Translations under genes and position numbers: made by a program
IMG/VR virus record: IMGVR_UViG_3300031746_000008
Coordinates: 1 to 64,000 of that record
Length of the DNA: 64,000 bases
Direction: 5' to 3' (one strand)
DNA from: a virus
Taxonomy: Duplodnaviria > Caudoviricetes
Shown here: positions 1 to 8,896 of the stretch, in pieces
Position numbering within the stretch: position 1 is the stretch's first letter
How the letters are laid out: every line of letters begins with the position of its first letter
The notes under the pieces: model-generated
Told to the model about the DNA's origin: nothing
Databases searched by the model: none
The model's input: the letters and a program-made list of their open reading frames with translations, nothing else

Positions 1-125
1 GTGGCCTGACAGAATAGTGATAGAAGAAGATAACGAGAACAGAGTTTCGATCCGTAATCAATCCGAATTAGTGATTGTTTAATTGTCTTTTCGTGTGAGG
101 AATGTCCTCGCACTTTCCATGGGAC

Positions 126-149
126 GGGCAGAAATTCTGCCCATTTTTT
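126..149 (+). terminator. Putative intrinsic terminator just upstream of the Ubl gene RBS
   Basis: GGGCAGA-AAT-TCTGCCC perfect stem followed by ATTTTTT; another hairpin (TGTGAGG..CCTCGCA) lies just upstream. Confidence 0.55.
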
Positions 150-162
150 AGGAGATGTAGTT

Positions 163-399
163 ATGTTGAATGTGACTCTTGTAACGAACAGTGGTCAAGG
201 TGTTCCCCGACAGCTTCAGGTTCGGGAAGGAACTAGTGTGGGCGAGATGCTCAACGTTAATTTTGATGGGCACGTTGAGGATTTCACGGTTAGTTGCCGA
301 CGTGATGGTTGTTCAGAAGTTGTTGATCTGGACGACGAGCTAGAGGACAACGACCGTATTTGCTTATCGCCGAGTAAAGTCGAAGGCGCTACTCTGTAG
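163..399 (+). CDS. Ubiquitin-like beta-grasp protein (ThiS/MoaD/prokaryotic Ub-like)
   Basis: 78 aa, AGGAG RBS; beta-grasp pattern V-x-EGTSVGEML...L-x-DNDRI-x-LSPSKVEG-ATL; followed by E2, JAB and E1 genes. Confidence 0.8.
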   Translation: MLNVTLVTNSGQGVPRQLQVREGTSVGEMLNVNFDGHVEDFTVSCRRDGCSEVVDLDDELEDNDRICLSPSKVEGATL

Positions 400-414
400 T
401 TTGTAGGGTAGTAG

Positions 415-1176
415 TTATGGGGAGGGAGGGGGCAATTTCTCCTCCTTCCCCATTCCCTTTCTATATTTATATATTTTTTCTATTAAGTTCATAAATTCTT
501 CATGAGTATGATTATCTTTCATCCAATTGACTTCCCTGGAAACCCATACGATATTTGTTATATCACTAGCTCTTTCTGGAAAACGAGAAACGGGAAAACC
601 GTGGTCTATAGAATCGTTCTCTCCGAGAGTTAATTTTTCTCCAGTGTAGAAGCACTTATGGTCTTGTTTTTTCAATTTATTTAAAAGATCTACCCATAAA
701 CTGGTATCTCCGAGCCTACCAATAGCCCTAAGTTTTAGATAGTGTTCTAAACAAAGACGAGTTTTACTTTTCTTGCGACCGAAACATTCCAAAAATGGTT
801 CTTTGCCACACACAGTACATAAACCTGCGTTAACAAGTTTAATACATCTTTTCTTTGCTTTTGCTACTGATTCTTCTCTGTGAATCTCACAAAACCTACT
901 TTTGTCCAGCTTTGGATTTTTACAATTAGAAATATTACATTTTCCATCCAATTTTCTAATTTGATTTTTATTCCTTTGTCTTGCAGATGATTTAATTTGG
1001 CAACGAGAACATTGTTTATAGTCGGTATCTCTTTGTTTACCACAGCTAACACATATCCCATTTTTGTTTTGTTCTCTTCGTGTCATTTTTGTTTTTTCGT
1101 TATGTTTTATTCTACAAGAATCACAATGGCATTTTCCATCCGAATCTTTTTTACAAACTCTACATAGTCTGGGCAT
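415..1176 (-). CDS. Zinc-finger-repeat HNH endonuclease
   Basis: Repeated CxxC units, then CFYTG...SIDH...NIVWV...VNWMK; start re-called to ATG 1176 (AAGGAG RBS) rather than 1335. Confidence 0.75.
   Translation of the reverse strand: MPRLCRVCKKDSDGKCHCDSCRIKHNEKTKMTRREQNKNGICVSCGKQRDTDYKQCSRCQIKSSARQRNKNQIRKLDGKCNISNCKNPKLDKSRFCEIHREESVAKAKKRCIKLVNAGLCTVCGKEPFLECFGRKKSKTRLCLEHYLKLRAIGRLGDTSLWVDLLNKLKKQDHKCFYTGEKLTLGENDSIDHGFPVSRFPERASDITNIVWVSREVNWMKDNHTHEEFMNLIEKIYKYRKGMGKEEKLPPPSP
417..453. terminator. GC-rich hairpin between the convergent Ubl and HNH genes
   Basis: ATGGGGAGGGAGG...CCTCCTTCCCCAT inverted repeat at the convergent gene ends. Confidence 0.5.
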
Positions 1177-1237
1177 AAAATTTCTCCTTCTACGTATTAA
1201 TACACAAAAGTAAAATAGTGTTTTTAAGGATTTTAAT

Positions 1238-2437
1238 ATGAATAAATTAGGTTTAGTGGAAACAAACAAACAAATGGCTAAAATAGCTATCTTAATAAGA
1301 AACCAGATACTTTCGCTAACAAATAAAATATCCACAACGACACAACATAAAAAAAATATACAAAATATTGAATATATATTAGAAAATATAAAAAAACAAG
1401 ATAGACTAAAAAATAAGGCTTTTGAAAAAAACTGGTTCTTAGCAGCAAAAAGGCTTGAATATGGAGAAAATGGAACAATTCAGAGTTTTATGAACAAAAT
1501 TGTTGATAACGCAGAAAAAGTAAGTACGTATATTGACGACTTTTATAATCCACCAAATTTTTATCTTCCATCATTTTCAGAAATTATGAAAGATATACAA
1601 GCAACAAAAAAAACATTCCCATCTTTATCATATAAAGATCATATTCTATCGGTGAAAACTAATAAAATAACATTATCTGACGGCGATAATGAAATAGAAT
1701 TAGGAGATTTTAAAATTTGTTTTAATCTAGACACAAGATTTGATTCTAGATTAGACAACATATTAGAAATAAAAGCGTTGAACCCTAATCCTGCGAATGG
1801 GCGTTCGGGAATAACCCATCCACACGTTGATGACGAGCGTTTATGTGCAGGAGACGGTGACTCACTTATTCGTCAAGCTCTCCAACAGGGAAGAATAGAA
1901 GATGCTTTTAAATTAGTTCTTTTAGTATTAGACAATTATAATGAAGAATCTCCTTATGTTCATTTGTATGAATGGAACGGAGAAGTTTATTGCTGTGATG
2001 AATGCGGAGCAGATGATTTAACAGAAGACACTATTTATTCCTGTGAATCTTGTGATAGCGTCCTTTGCGAGAATTGTTGTATTAGTTGTGAAAATTGTTC
2101 TGGATCAACTTGTGCGAAATGCGCCAACATCTGTGGTCGATGCGAGAATATCTCTTGCGAAAGGTGCTCAGAAAACAATACTTGCAAAGATTGTGGCGAA
2201 ACGGTTTGTATAAACTGCATGGAAACATGCAATTCTTGTGGTAAAAACAGATGTTCAGGATGCTTAGAAGAATGCGGTTCGTGCAATAATAAAATTTGTA
2301 ATGAATGTAAGGTAGAGTGCGAAGAATGCTCGACAGAAATGTGTGGTGATTGTTTGATGAAGTGCGAAAATTGTAATAAAATCTTGTGCGCCGAATGTAA
2401 TGAGAAAGATTCTTGTAATATGTTTGCTAAAGTTTAA
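1238..2437 (+). CDS. Prokaryotic E2 (UBC-fold) conjugating enzyme with Cys-rich C-terminal zinc-finger array
   Basis: THPHV-x4-LC(AG) matches the E2 HPN/HPH...catalytic Cys signature; 17 CxxC motifs in the tail; lies between Ubl and JAB. Confidence 0.75.
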   Translation: MNKLGLVETNKQMAKIAILIRNQILSLTNKISTTTQHKKNIQNIEYILENIKKQDRLKNKAFEKNWFLAAKRLEYGENGTIQSFMNKIVDNAEKVSTYIDDFYNPPNFYLPSFSEIMKDIQATKKTFPSLSYKDHILSVKTNKITLSDGDNEIELGDFKICFNLDTRFDSRLDNILEIKALNPNPANGRSGITHPHVDDERLCAGDGDSLIRQALQQGRIEDAFKLVLLVLDNYNEESPYVHLYEWNGEVYCCDECGADDLTEDTIYSCESCDSVLCENCCISCENCSGSTCAKCANICGRCENISCERCSENNTCKDCGETVCINCMETCNSCGKNRCSGCLEECGSCNNKICNECKVECEECSTEMCGDCLMKCENCNKILCAECNEKDSCNMFAKV

Positions 2438-3125
2438 GATGGTCGTGGATTTTTTTGATTAGAATTTTAAATTCTTCTTCTGTGTGATCCCATTTCATTT
2501 TATTAACGTCTCTACTCACCCATTGCAAATTTTTAATCTCTCTTTTAAGTTCTGGAAATTTCCCAGAAGGTAAAATGTGATCTATAGAGTCGTTTGTCCC
2601 GATAATAATTTTATCTCCGGTATATGGACAAATATATTTTTGTTTCTCAAGTATCTGTAATAGATCTTTATAAAAGGTTTTTGATCCAAGATTATTTAAC
2701 GAACAATTTTTTAGATGGCAATCAGAACACCAGATTATATTTTCAAGTGATTTATTTTTCCCACATAGGGTGCATAAACCAAGATCCTTTAATCGGGAGT
2801 GTCTCAACTCAGTAGTTTTTCTGCGAATATCTACGCACGCTCTACAACATTTAAATCCCTCGTCGGGTGGTCTTTGGCCGCAAAGAACACATAAATTATT
2901 ATTAAATCTTTTTAATCTAACTCTTTTGTCTTTTTCAACAATATAAACCACACATTTTTTACAACACTTATTTCCTTCGGCAGGTTTATCTCCACATTTT
3001 GGACAAAGATTTTTAGATAATCTTTCATTATAAATATATTTCTGTTTTTCATTTTCTTTCTTTCGGCAAGATTTGCATCTACTTTTTTCACTTTTATTAC
3101 CACAAATATGACATTTCTTGTTCAT
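2427..3125 (-). CDS. Zinc-finger-repeat HNH endonuclease, paralog of 415-1176
   Basis: CxxC repeats plus CPYTG...NDSIDHILP...NLQWVSRDVNKMK; start re-called to ATG 3125 (AAGGAG RBS). Confidence 0.75.
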   Translation of the reverse strand: MNKKCHICGNKSEKSRCKSCRKKENEKQKYIYNERLSKNLCPKCGDKPAEGNKCCKKCVVYIVEKDKRVRLKRFNNNLCVLCGQRPPDEGFKCCRACVDIRRKTTELRHSRLKDLGLCTLCGKNKSLENIIWCSDCHLKNCSLNNLGSKTFYKDLLQILEKQKYICPYTGDKIIIGTNDSIDHILPSGKFPELKREIKNLQWVSRDVNKMKWDHTEEEFKILIKKIHDHLKL

Positions 3126-3194
3126 GCGAGTCTCCTTTACAAACAATTCTAAGTGGTTTATACACAATCATGGGAAATTTTTTGGAGAAAATAA

Positions 3195-4124
3195 ATGGAA
3201 TTTTTGGAACCGAAACTAAATAGAAGCGGGGTTCTAAGGTTTACAGCATACGCTTTTGCCAAAATAAAGTATATGCGAGACAAAGGAAGTACGGAAATTG
3301 GAGGATATGGAATATGTGAAACCGATGATCCGCTTTTAATAAATGACTTTAAACTTGTTAAGCAACAATGTACTGGAGCCACGGTTGAACTGGATACCGA
3401 GGATTCTATGAAATTTGTCGAGGACATGGTAGACAAAGGGTTCTCGCCGTGGGCTTTTCAAAATGTCTGGATTCACACGCATCCATCCAATTGCCCGAAA
3501 CCTAGTTTGGTCGATGAGGCGAACTTCGACAAGAACTTTAGCCATCCGGCGTGTGCGATATTTTATATTCTGGCAAGAGGTGGTGATAGTTATACTCGTA
3601 TGAGATTTAATACTCCACCTGGAATAGATGTCGAGATTCAATCAGAAACCGATTACAGTGTCCCATTCCCCGCCAGCGACCACGAAAGTTGGAAAAAGGA
3701 GTATGAAGAAAAGGTTTCTGAAGTGAAATATCCTATTGTTATGATGGGAGATGGTGATTCTAGTCTGAACTGGATTAATAAATTGAGAGAAACTTACGAC
3801 CATGTTTATCCTAACGGAACTACGGCGCAAACGATGCAAGAATTGTGTGATGAAAAGGATGAAATGGACGAAAATTTAGAAATGTTTTGGTGTCCAAAAG
3901 AAAATGTTTGTTGGTTTTGGAATGAAGAAGAAGATGATTATTGGAAGTATGATCCGGATTCGAAAAGATTTTATGATGAAAACGACAATCAAGTAACATT
4001 TAAAAATATTCCCAAAGAATGTGAATTATCAGAAATTATTAGGTTCGCTCAAGAAAATTTTAATGCAACAAGTTCATTTTTGAACGAGACGCAAGACATT
4101 GAATATTGTATGGCAGAAGAATAA
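3195..4124 (+). CDS. JAB/JAMM metallopeptidase (deubiquitinase-like) with acidic tail
   Basis: E(IGG)...WIHTHP-x6-S-x2-D JAMM motif; GGAG RBS. Confidence 0.85.
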   Translation: MEFLEPKLNRSGVLRFTAYAFAKIKYMRDKGSTEIGGYGICETDDPLLINDFKLVKQQCTGATVELDTEDSMKFVEDMVDKGFSPWAFQNVWIHTHPSNCPKPSLVDEANFDKNFSHPACAIFYILARGGDSYTRMRFNTPPGIDVEIQSETDYSVPFPASDHESWKKEYEEKVSEVKYPIVMMGDGDSSLNWINKLRETYDHVYPNGTTAQTMQELCDEKDEMDENLEMFWCPKENVCWFWNEEEDDYWKYDPDSKRFYDENDNQVTFKNIPKECELSEIIRFAQENFNATSSFLNETQDIEYCMAEE

Positions 4125-4136
4125 ATATCTGGGGAG

Positions 4137-4823
4137 ATGATAATAAATATGTCCGCATTTGTTAATTTAATTGGGAAAAGATTTGGTCGATTGGTTGTTA
4201 TTGGAAGAGTAGAGAATGATAAATATAACAAAATAAGATATTTGTGTAAATGTGATTGTGGCGAAGAGAAAACGATTCTCAGAAATAGTCTTGTGTCCAA
4301 ACGAACAGTAAGTTGCGGATGTTTACAAAAAGAAAGGGCAAAATCGGTTAACGCAAAGCACAATCACACAAGAAGTCCAATATATAGCGTTTGGCAAAAT
4401 ATGATACAGAGATGTAATAATTATAGAAATAAGCAATATAAAGATTATGGCAAAAGAAAAATAAAAGTTTGTTATAGGTGGTCGAATAAAAATACAAACG
4501 GATTTGAAAATTTCCTAAAAGATATGGGATATCCACCCACCAATAAACATCAAATAGACCGAATAGATAACAACAAAGGCTATTATAAAGAAAATTGTAG
4601 GTGGGTTTTACCCAAAATTAATTGTAGAAACAAAAGAAATAATCACACATTAAAATATAACAATAAAGAACAATGTATCACGGACTGGTCAGAAACCACT
4701 GGGATAAATAAAAAAACAATTAAATCAAGAATAGAAAGAGGTTGGTCTCCAGAAAAGACACTAACAACGCCCGTCAGAAAAATAAAAAGAAAAATAAAAA
4801 ATATAAGAAGTAGAAGAAGTTGA
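4137..4823 (+). CDS. Homing endonuclease-like protein, HNH family A
   Basis: LIGKRFGRL..CKCDCG..SCGC..DYG..IDRIDN..GY..NCRW; real start may be ATG 4149. Confidence 0.8.
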   Translation: MIINMSAFVNLIGKRFGRLVVIGRVENDKYNKIRYLCKCDCGEEKTILRNSLVSKRTVSCGCLQKERAKSVNAKHNHTRSPIYSVWQNMIQRCNNYRNKQYKDYGKRKIKVCYRWSNKNTNGFENFLKDMGYPPTNKHQIDRIDNNKGYYKENCRWVLPKINCRNKRNNHTLKYNNKEQCITDWSETTGINKKTIKSRIERGWSPEKTLTTPVRKIKRKIKNIRSRRS

Positions 4824-5089
4824 ACCGTACCAGGAGACGACAAATGTATAGATTAGTAATTACTTACGAAGGCTATAACGAAGCTTTCGACAACCTAATA
4901 AGGAAAACTGTTTCCTCAAAAGAAATAGGAAGTGGCTATGGAATGGGCGAAAGAGATATATCTTTTGAATTTAAAACATTAAAGGAGTTAATTGGTGCGG
5001 GTAGACGAGTAGAAAATAATAAAAAACTAAAAAGGAAAGTAGAAGTTTTGGCATATAACGATGATAATAAAGTCAAATTACCAAGATAA
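4820..5089 (+). CDS. Hypothetical protein within the Ub locus
   Basis: ORF with CAGGAG RBS before an internal ATG (MYRLVIT). Confidence 0.55.
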   Translation: MNRTRRRQMYRLVITYEGYNEAFDNLIRKTVSSKEIGSGYGMGERDISFEFKTLKELIGAGRRVENNKKLKRKVEVLAYNDDNKVKLPR

Positions 5090-5100
5090 GGAGAATTAAC

Positions 5101-5769
5101 ATGTCGGTAGCCACAATAGATTTAACCAATAGAGATATTAGACAACGCGAACTAGTTCCAGCAGAAAAACTAAAAAACTTGAGTACAATGATTATCGGGG
5201 TTGGCGCGATAGGAAGGAACCTTGCTATACAATTATCGGCTATAGGAGTACAAAAATTAAAGATTGTTGATTTTGATACTGTTGCTGTTGAGAACCTCGC
5301 CACACAAGGCTTCTTCGAGGAGGATTTGGGCAAACCGAAAGTTGAGGCAGTAATGGAATTGTGCAAAAGTATCAATTCTGGAATATCAATTGAATCAAAG
5401 AATATGAAATTTAACAATAGCATATTTCAAGGGGGCGTGGTCTTCGTTTGTGTGGACAGCATTGGCGTTAGGAAAGAAATATTCAATGGGATATGTAATA
5501 AATGTGATTTATTTATTGATGGTCGCATGTCCGCAGAATATATGAGAATTCTAGCCGTAAGTGACCTGGAATCTAAAGAATACTATGAAAAACAATTTTT
5601 TACACAAGAAGAAGCGTATGTCGGAAGTTGCACGGCGAAATCTACTATATATGCAGCATCAACGGCAGCTAGTATTATGGTTGCCCAATTTTGTAGGTGG
5701 ATGAGAGATATTCCAATCGAAAAAGAAGTATGTATAAATTTACTCAGTATGGAAATGCGGTGTTTATAG
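5101..5769 (+). CDS. E1/ThiF-family adenylyltransferase (Ubl-activating enzyme)
   Basis: RDIRQ arginine finger, GVGAIG, DFDTV-x-x-ENL, KPKV, CVDS, IDGRM, candidate catalytic Cys in GSCTAKS. Confidence 0.9.
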   Translation: MSVATIDLTNRDIRQRELVPAEKLKNLSTMIIGVGAIGRNLAIQLSAIGVQKLKIVDFDTVAVENLATQGFFEEDLGKPKVEAVMELCKSINSGISIESKNMKFNNSIFQGGVVFVCVDSIGVRKEIFNGICNKCDLFIDGRMSAEYMRILAVSDLESKEYYEKQFFTQEEAYVGSCTAKSTIYAASTAASIMVAQFCRWMRDIPIEKEVCINLLSMEMRCL

Positions 5770-5779
5770 GAGTATATAA

Positions 5780-6439
5780 TTGCCTAAGTTCGTTGATTTA
5801 ATTGGCCAAATTTTTGGAAGATTGACGGTCATTAAAAAAACAAATAACAAAGATAATAAAAGTATGTGGATATGTCTATGTAGCTGTGGAAATAGGGTTT
5901 TTGTTAATAGCGGACATCTTTTGTCTGGAAATACAAAAAGTTGCGGATGTTTAAATAAAGAAAATAAATTTAAGCACGGTCACGCCCAGGGTGGAAAAGA
6001 ATCACGAACACACAGGATATGGAAAAATATGTTAAGTAGATGCAATAATCCTAATTCTCTATATTATGAACATTATGGAGGAAGAGGAATTACTGTCTGT
6101 TGTCGTTGGTCTAATAAAAATCAAAAAGGTGTGGGTTTTAAAAATTTTCTTAAGGATATGGGAGAATGCCCAGGCGACAAACATCAAATAGATAGAAAAA
6201 ATAATAGTAAGGGATATTTTAAGAAAAATTGCCGTTGGGTTTTATCAAAAGGAAACAATAGAAATAGAAGAAATAATATATTAATTCCCTTAGACGAAAA
6301 ACTTTGTCTATTAATAGAACTGGCAGAGAAATATGGAATAAACAAATATACATTGAAATATAGGCTGGCGGCTGGCTGGCCGACTAAAGATGCTTTAATG
6401 ACCCCGGCAAGAAAATATAAAAAGAGAAAAAGGAAATGA
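5780..6439 (+). CDS. Homing endonuclease-like protein, HNH family A
   Basis: DLIGQIFGRL..CLCSCG..SCGC..YGGRGI..IDRKNN..NCRW. Confidence 0.8.
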   Translation: MPKFVDLIGQIFGRLTVIKKTNNKDNKSMWICLCSCGNRVFVNSGHLLSGNTKSCGCLNKENKFKHGHAQGGKESRTHRIWKNMLSRCNNPNSLYYEHYGGRGITVCCRWSNKNQKGVGFKNFLKDMGECPGDKHQIDRKNNSKGYFKKNCRWVLSKGNNRNRRNNILIPLDEKLCLLIELAEKYGINKYTLKYRLAAGWPTKDALMTPARKYKKRKRK

Positions 6440-6729
6440 TTATAATTTTAATATGTGTGTGGTCTTTTATAGATTTATTTTTGACTTGTCTCTTTTGTAA
6501 CAATGATAAGTTTTTTGAGCTTAACCCCATCGCCAGATTTTTGATATCAAAAGGATTAGAAAATTTAATCTTTTTTAAGATAATTGCGACAGCAATGGTA
6601 TGTTTAATGTACGCCCATTTTTTAGACATTAAAAAAGAATATAAAAGACCTTTAATAATTGCATTTTCGTTTGTCGTTATTATTTGGGGATTTTATTGGA
6701 TAAATTTCTTGATAACCATATGGGGATAA
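6436..6729 (+). CDS. Small membrane protein (DUF5658-like)
   Basis: Three hydrophobic segments; D-x-x-LT...ELNPI motif. Confidence 0.55.
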   Translation: MIIILICVWSFIDLFLTCLFCNNDKFFELNPIARFLISKGLENLIFFKIIATAMVCLMYAHFLDIKKEYKRPLIIAFSFVVIIWGFYWINFLITIWG

Positions 6730-6731
6730 AA

Positions 6732-7679
6732 ATGAGTAAACATGAAGTTCCTGTTATAGAAATAAAATTAGAACCACATATAAACTCAGATTTTCTGAGT
6801 CTCGTTCATATTGATGGATACACCGTTGTTGTTAAAACAAATGAATGGAAAGATGGAGACCTAGCTATTCATATCCCTCCAGACTATGTTGTCAAGAATG
6901 ATGAACAATTCGCTTTTCTAAACGGTAACACCAGAATTAAATCAAGAAAATTTAGGGGTATTTATAGTGAGGGACTACTAATAAAGGCTTTGCCAGACAT
7001 GAAATTGGGTGAATGTGTGATGGAAAGATTGGGTATCACTAGGTGGGAGCCGCCTGTTGAAATAAATATGGGCGGGGAGGACGAGACTGGACCACCAGGA
7101 AATTGGCCCCATTATGATATCGAAAGTTACAAGAAATATAATACACTTATTGTGTCTGGCGAAGAAGTAATAATTAGTGAAAAATTAAATGGTTGTAATG
7201 CACTCTATGTATGGTTAAATGATCGCTTATGGGTTAGATCAAGAAATAACTGGAAAAAGAAAAATGATAAGATTTTATATTGGCAAACTCTTCTTTATAA
7301 TGGTTGGATAGAAAGTTTTTGTCAGCGACACGAAGGATATGGTCTTTTTGGTGAGATATATGGTCAAGTTGGTGAATTTAATTATGGATCAATAAATAGG
7401 TCTCCGCAATTTGCTATATTTGATGTTTATCACAAGAATCAATGGCTAGAATATGACGATGCAAGAAAAATTGCTCCAGAATGTGTCTTTGTTCCAGAAT
7501 TATATCGCGGTCCATGGAATGAAGAAAAATTAATAAAGTTAGCAGAACAAAATAGTTCGATAGATGGGGCAAATCACATGAGAGAGGGGGTCGTTGTGCA
7601 GCCTATTTTAAATAGATTTTCACCAGATATTGGAAGAGTTAAACTTAAAATTGTTAGTTGTAGATATTTATCAAATTAA
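6732..7679 (+). CDS. RNA ligase, DRB0094/Rnl5-like
   Basis: N-terminal HINSDFL/RGIYSEGL module; motif I SEKLNG, FGEIYG, FDV, REGVV, KLK. Confidence 0.85.
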   Translation: MSKHEVPVIEIKLEPHINSDFLSLVHIDGYTVVVKTNEWKDGDLAIHIPPDYVVKNDEQFAFLNGNTRIKSRKFRGIYSEGLLIKALPDMKLGECVMERLGITRWEPPVEINMGGEDETGPPGNWPHYDIESYKKYNTLIVSGEEVIISEKLNGCNALYVWLNDRLWVRSRNNWKKKNDKILYWQTLLYNGWIESFCQRHEGYGLFGEIYGQVGEFNYGSINRSPQFAIFDVYHKNQWLEYDDARKIAPECVFVPELYRGPWNEEKLIKLAEQNSSIDGANHMREGVVVQPILNRFSPDIGRVKLKIVSCRYLSN

Positions 7680-7725
7680 CTGCAAAATATTTATTCTTAA
7701 TAGTTCCATTTAGTGAGATCTTTAA

Positions 7726-8360
7726 ATGAAAAATTTAATCGGTAAAAAATTCAATAAACTTTTAGTCTTACAAAAAGTAAAATCAAATAAATGGGGTAAT
7801 ACTTATTGGTTATGTTTATGCGATTGTGGACGAGAAAAAATAGTTAGGGGAGATTGTCTTAGAAAGGGATTAACAAAAAGTTGTGGATGCATAAATTTAA
7901 AACATGGACACAACATAAAAGGGAAAAAAACAAGGGTTTATATTATATGGCAAAGTATGAAACGTAGGTGTTTAATTCAAATTGCAAAGCATATAAAGAT
8001 TATGGTGGTCGTGGTATCACGGTTTGTAAACGATGGTCAAATAAGAAAAATGGATTTCAGAATTTTTTAAAAGATATGGGAGAACCACCAACGCCGAAGC
8101 ACCAAATTGATAGAATAGATAATAACAAATTAAAAAATGGTTATTCTCCTAAAAATTGCCGTTGGGTTCTTCCAACAATAAATGCAAGAAACAGAAGAAA
8201 TAATATAATTGTGCAATATAATAATAAAACTCAATGTGCTACGACATTTGCCGAAGTATTTAATATTCCACTTAAAATCTTATTGTGGAGACTTAAAAAC
8301 GATTGGTCTGTCGAAAAAGCATTAATAACCCCTGTTAGAAAATATAAAAAGAGAAAATAA
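7726..8360 (+). pseudogene. HNH family A endonuclease split by a 1-nt frameshift near 7971
   Basis: ORFs 7726-8070 and 7968-8360 give the N- and C-halves; one extra T in TGTTTAAT restores KRRCFNSNCKAYKDYGGRG. Confidence 0.8.
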
Positions 8361-8362
8361 AA

Positions 8363-8641
8363 ATGAAACCAATTAAAGACTATGAAATTATTAATCACGG
8401 AATGGAATATTCACAGTATTTTCAAGGATGTGGAATTGCTTTCACAAATTTTACAGACGTAGCAACAGGAATAGGACATGGGGCAAAAGAAGCGGGCGAG
8501 GATGCTTTAACATTGTTAGCAAATAACGAATGGGATGTAGAAAGCAATATACTTCTTTTAAAAGACGTGGAAAGATTAAAAGGAGAAATATCTCGTCCCC
8601 AAGAAGATCTGTGGTGGCATATTTCTGTGAGGGTAAAATAA
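8363..8641 (+). CDS. Hypothetical phage protein
   Basis: Abuts neighbours; SQYFQGCG motif. Confidence 0.6.
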   Translation: MKPIKDYEIINHGMEYSQYFQGCGIAFTNFTDVATGIGHGAKEAGEDALTLLANNEWDVESNILLLKDVERLKGEISRPQEDLWWHISVRVK

Positions 8642-8896
8642 ATGAAATCTCAATTTTACGAATGCGCCTGTTCTTCAAGTGAGCATACCCTTAAGTTCAT
8701 TTACGACAAGGAAGATAAAGAATTATACACAAGTATTTATTTATGTCAATATAGAAATATATTTAAAAGAATTTGGGTTGCTGTAAAATTTGTATTTGGT
8801 TATAGATGTAAATTTGGAGATTTCGATTGTTTTTTATTTAAATCTTCTGATATTAAAGAATTACAAAAATTATTAAAAAGGATAATAAATGAGTAA
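8642..8896 (+). CDS. Hypothetical phage protein
   Basis: Starts right after the previous stop; CxC...H motif. Confidence 0.6.
   Translation: MKSQFYECACSSSEHTLKFIYDKEDKELYTSIYLCQYRNIFKRIWVAVKFVFGYRCKFGDFDCFLFKSSDIKELQKLLKRIINE

Noticed and set aside
1177-1335. Long N-terminal extension of ORF 415-1335
   Set aside because: Overlaps the E2 gene head-to-head; the RBS and promoter motif point to ATG 1176
5101-5769. E1 as a ThiF/MoeB cofactor-biosynthesis enzyme
   Set aside because: No thiG, moaE or sulfur-relay genes in the window, no CxxC zinc pair, and an E2 and JAB are adjacent
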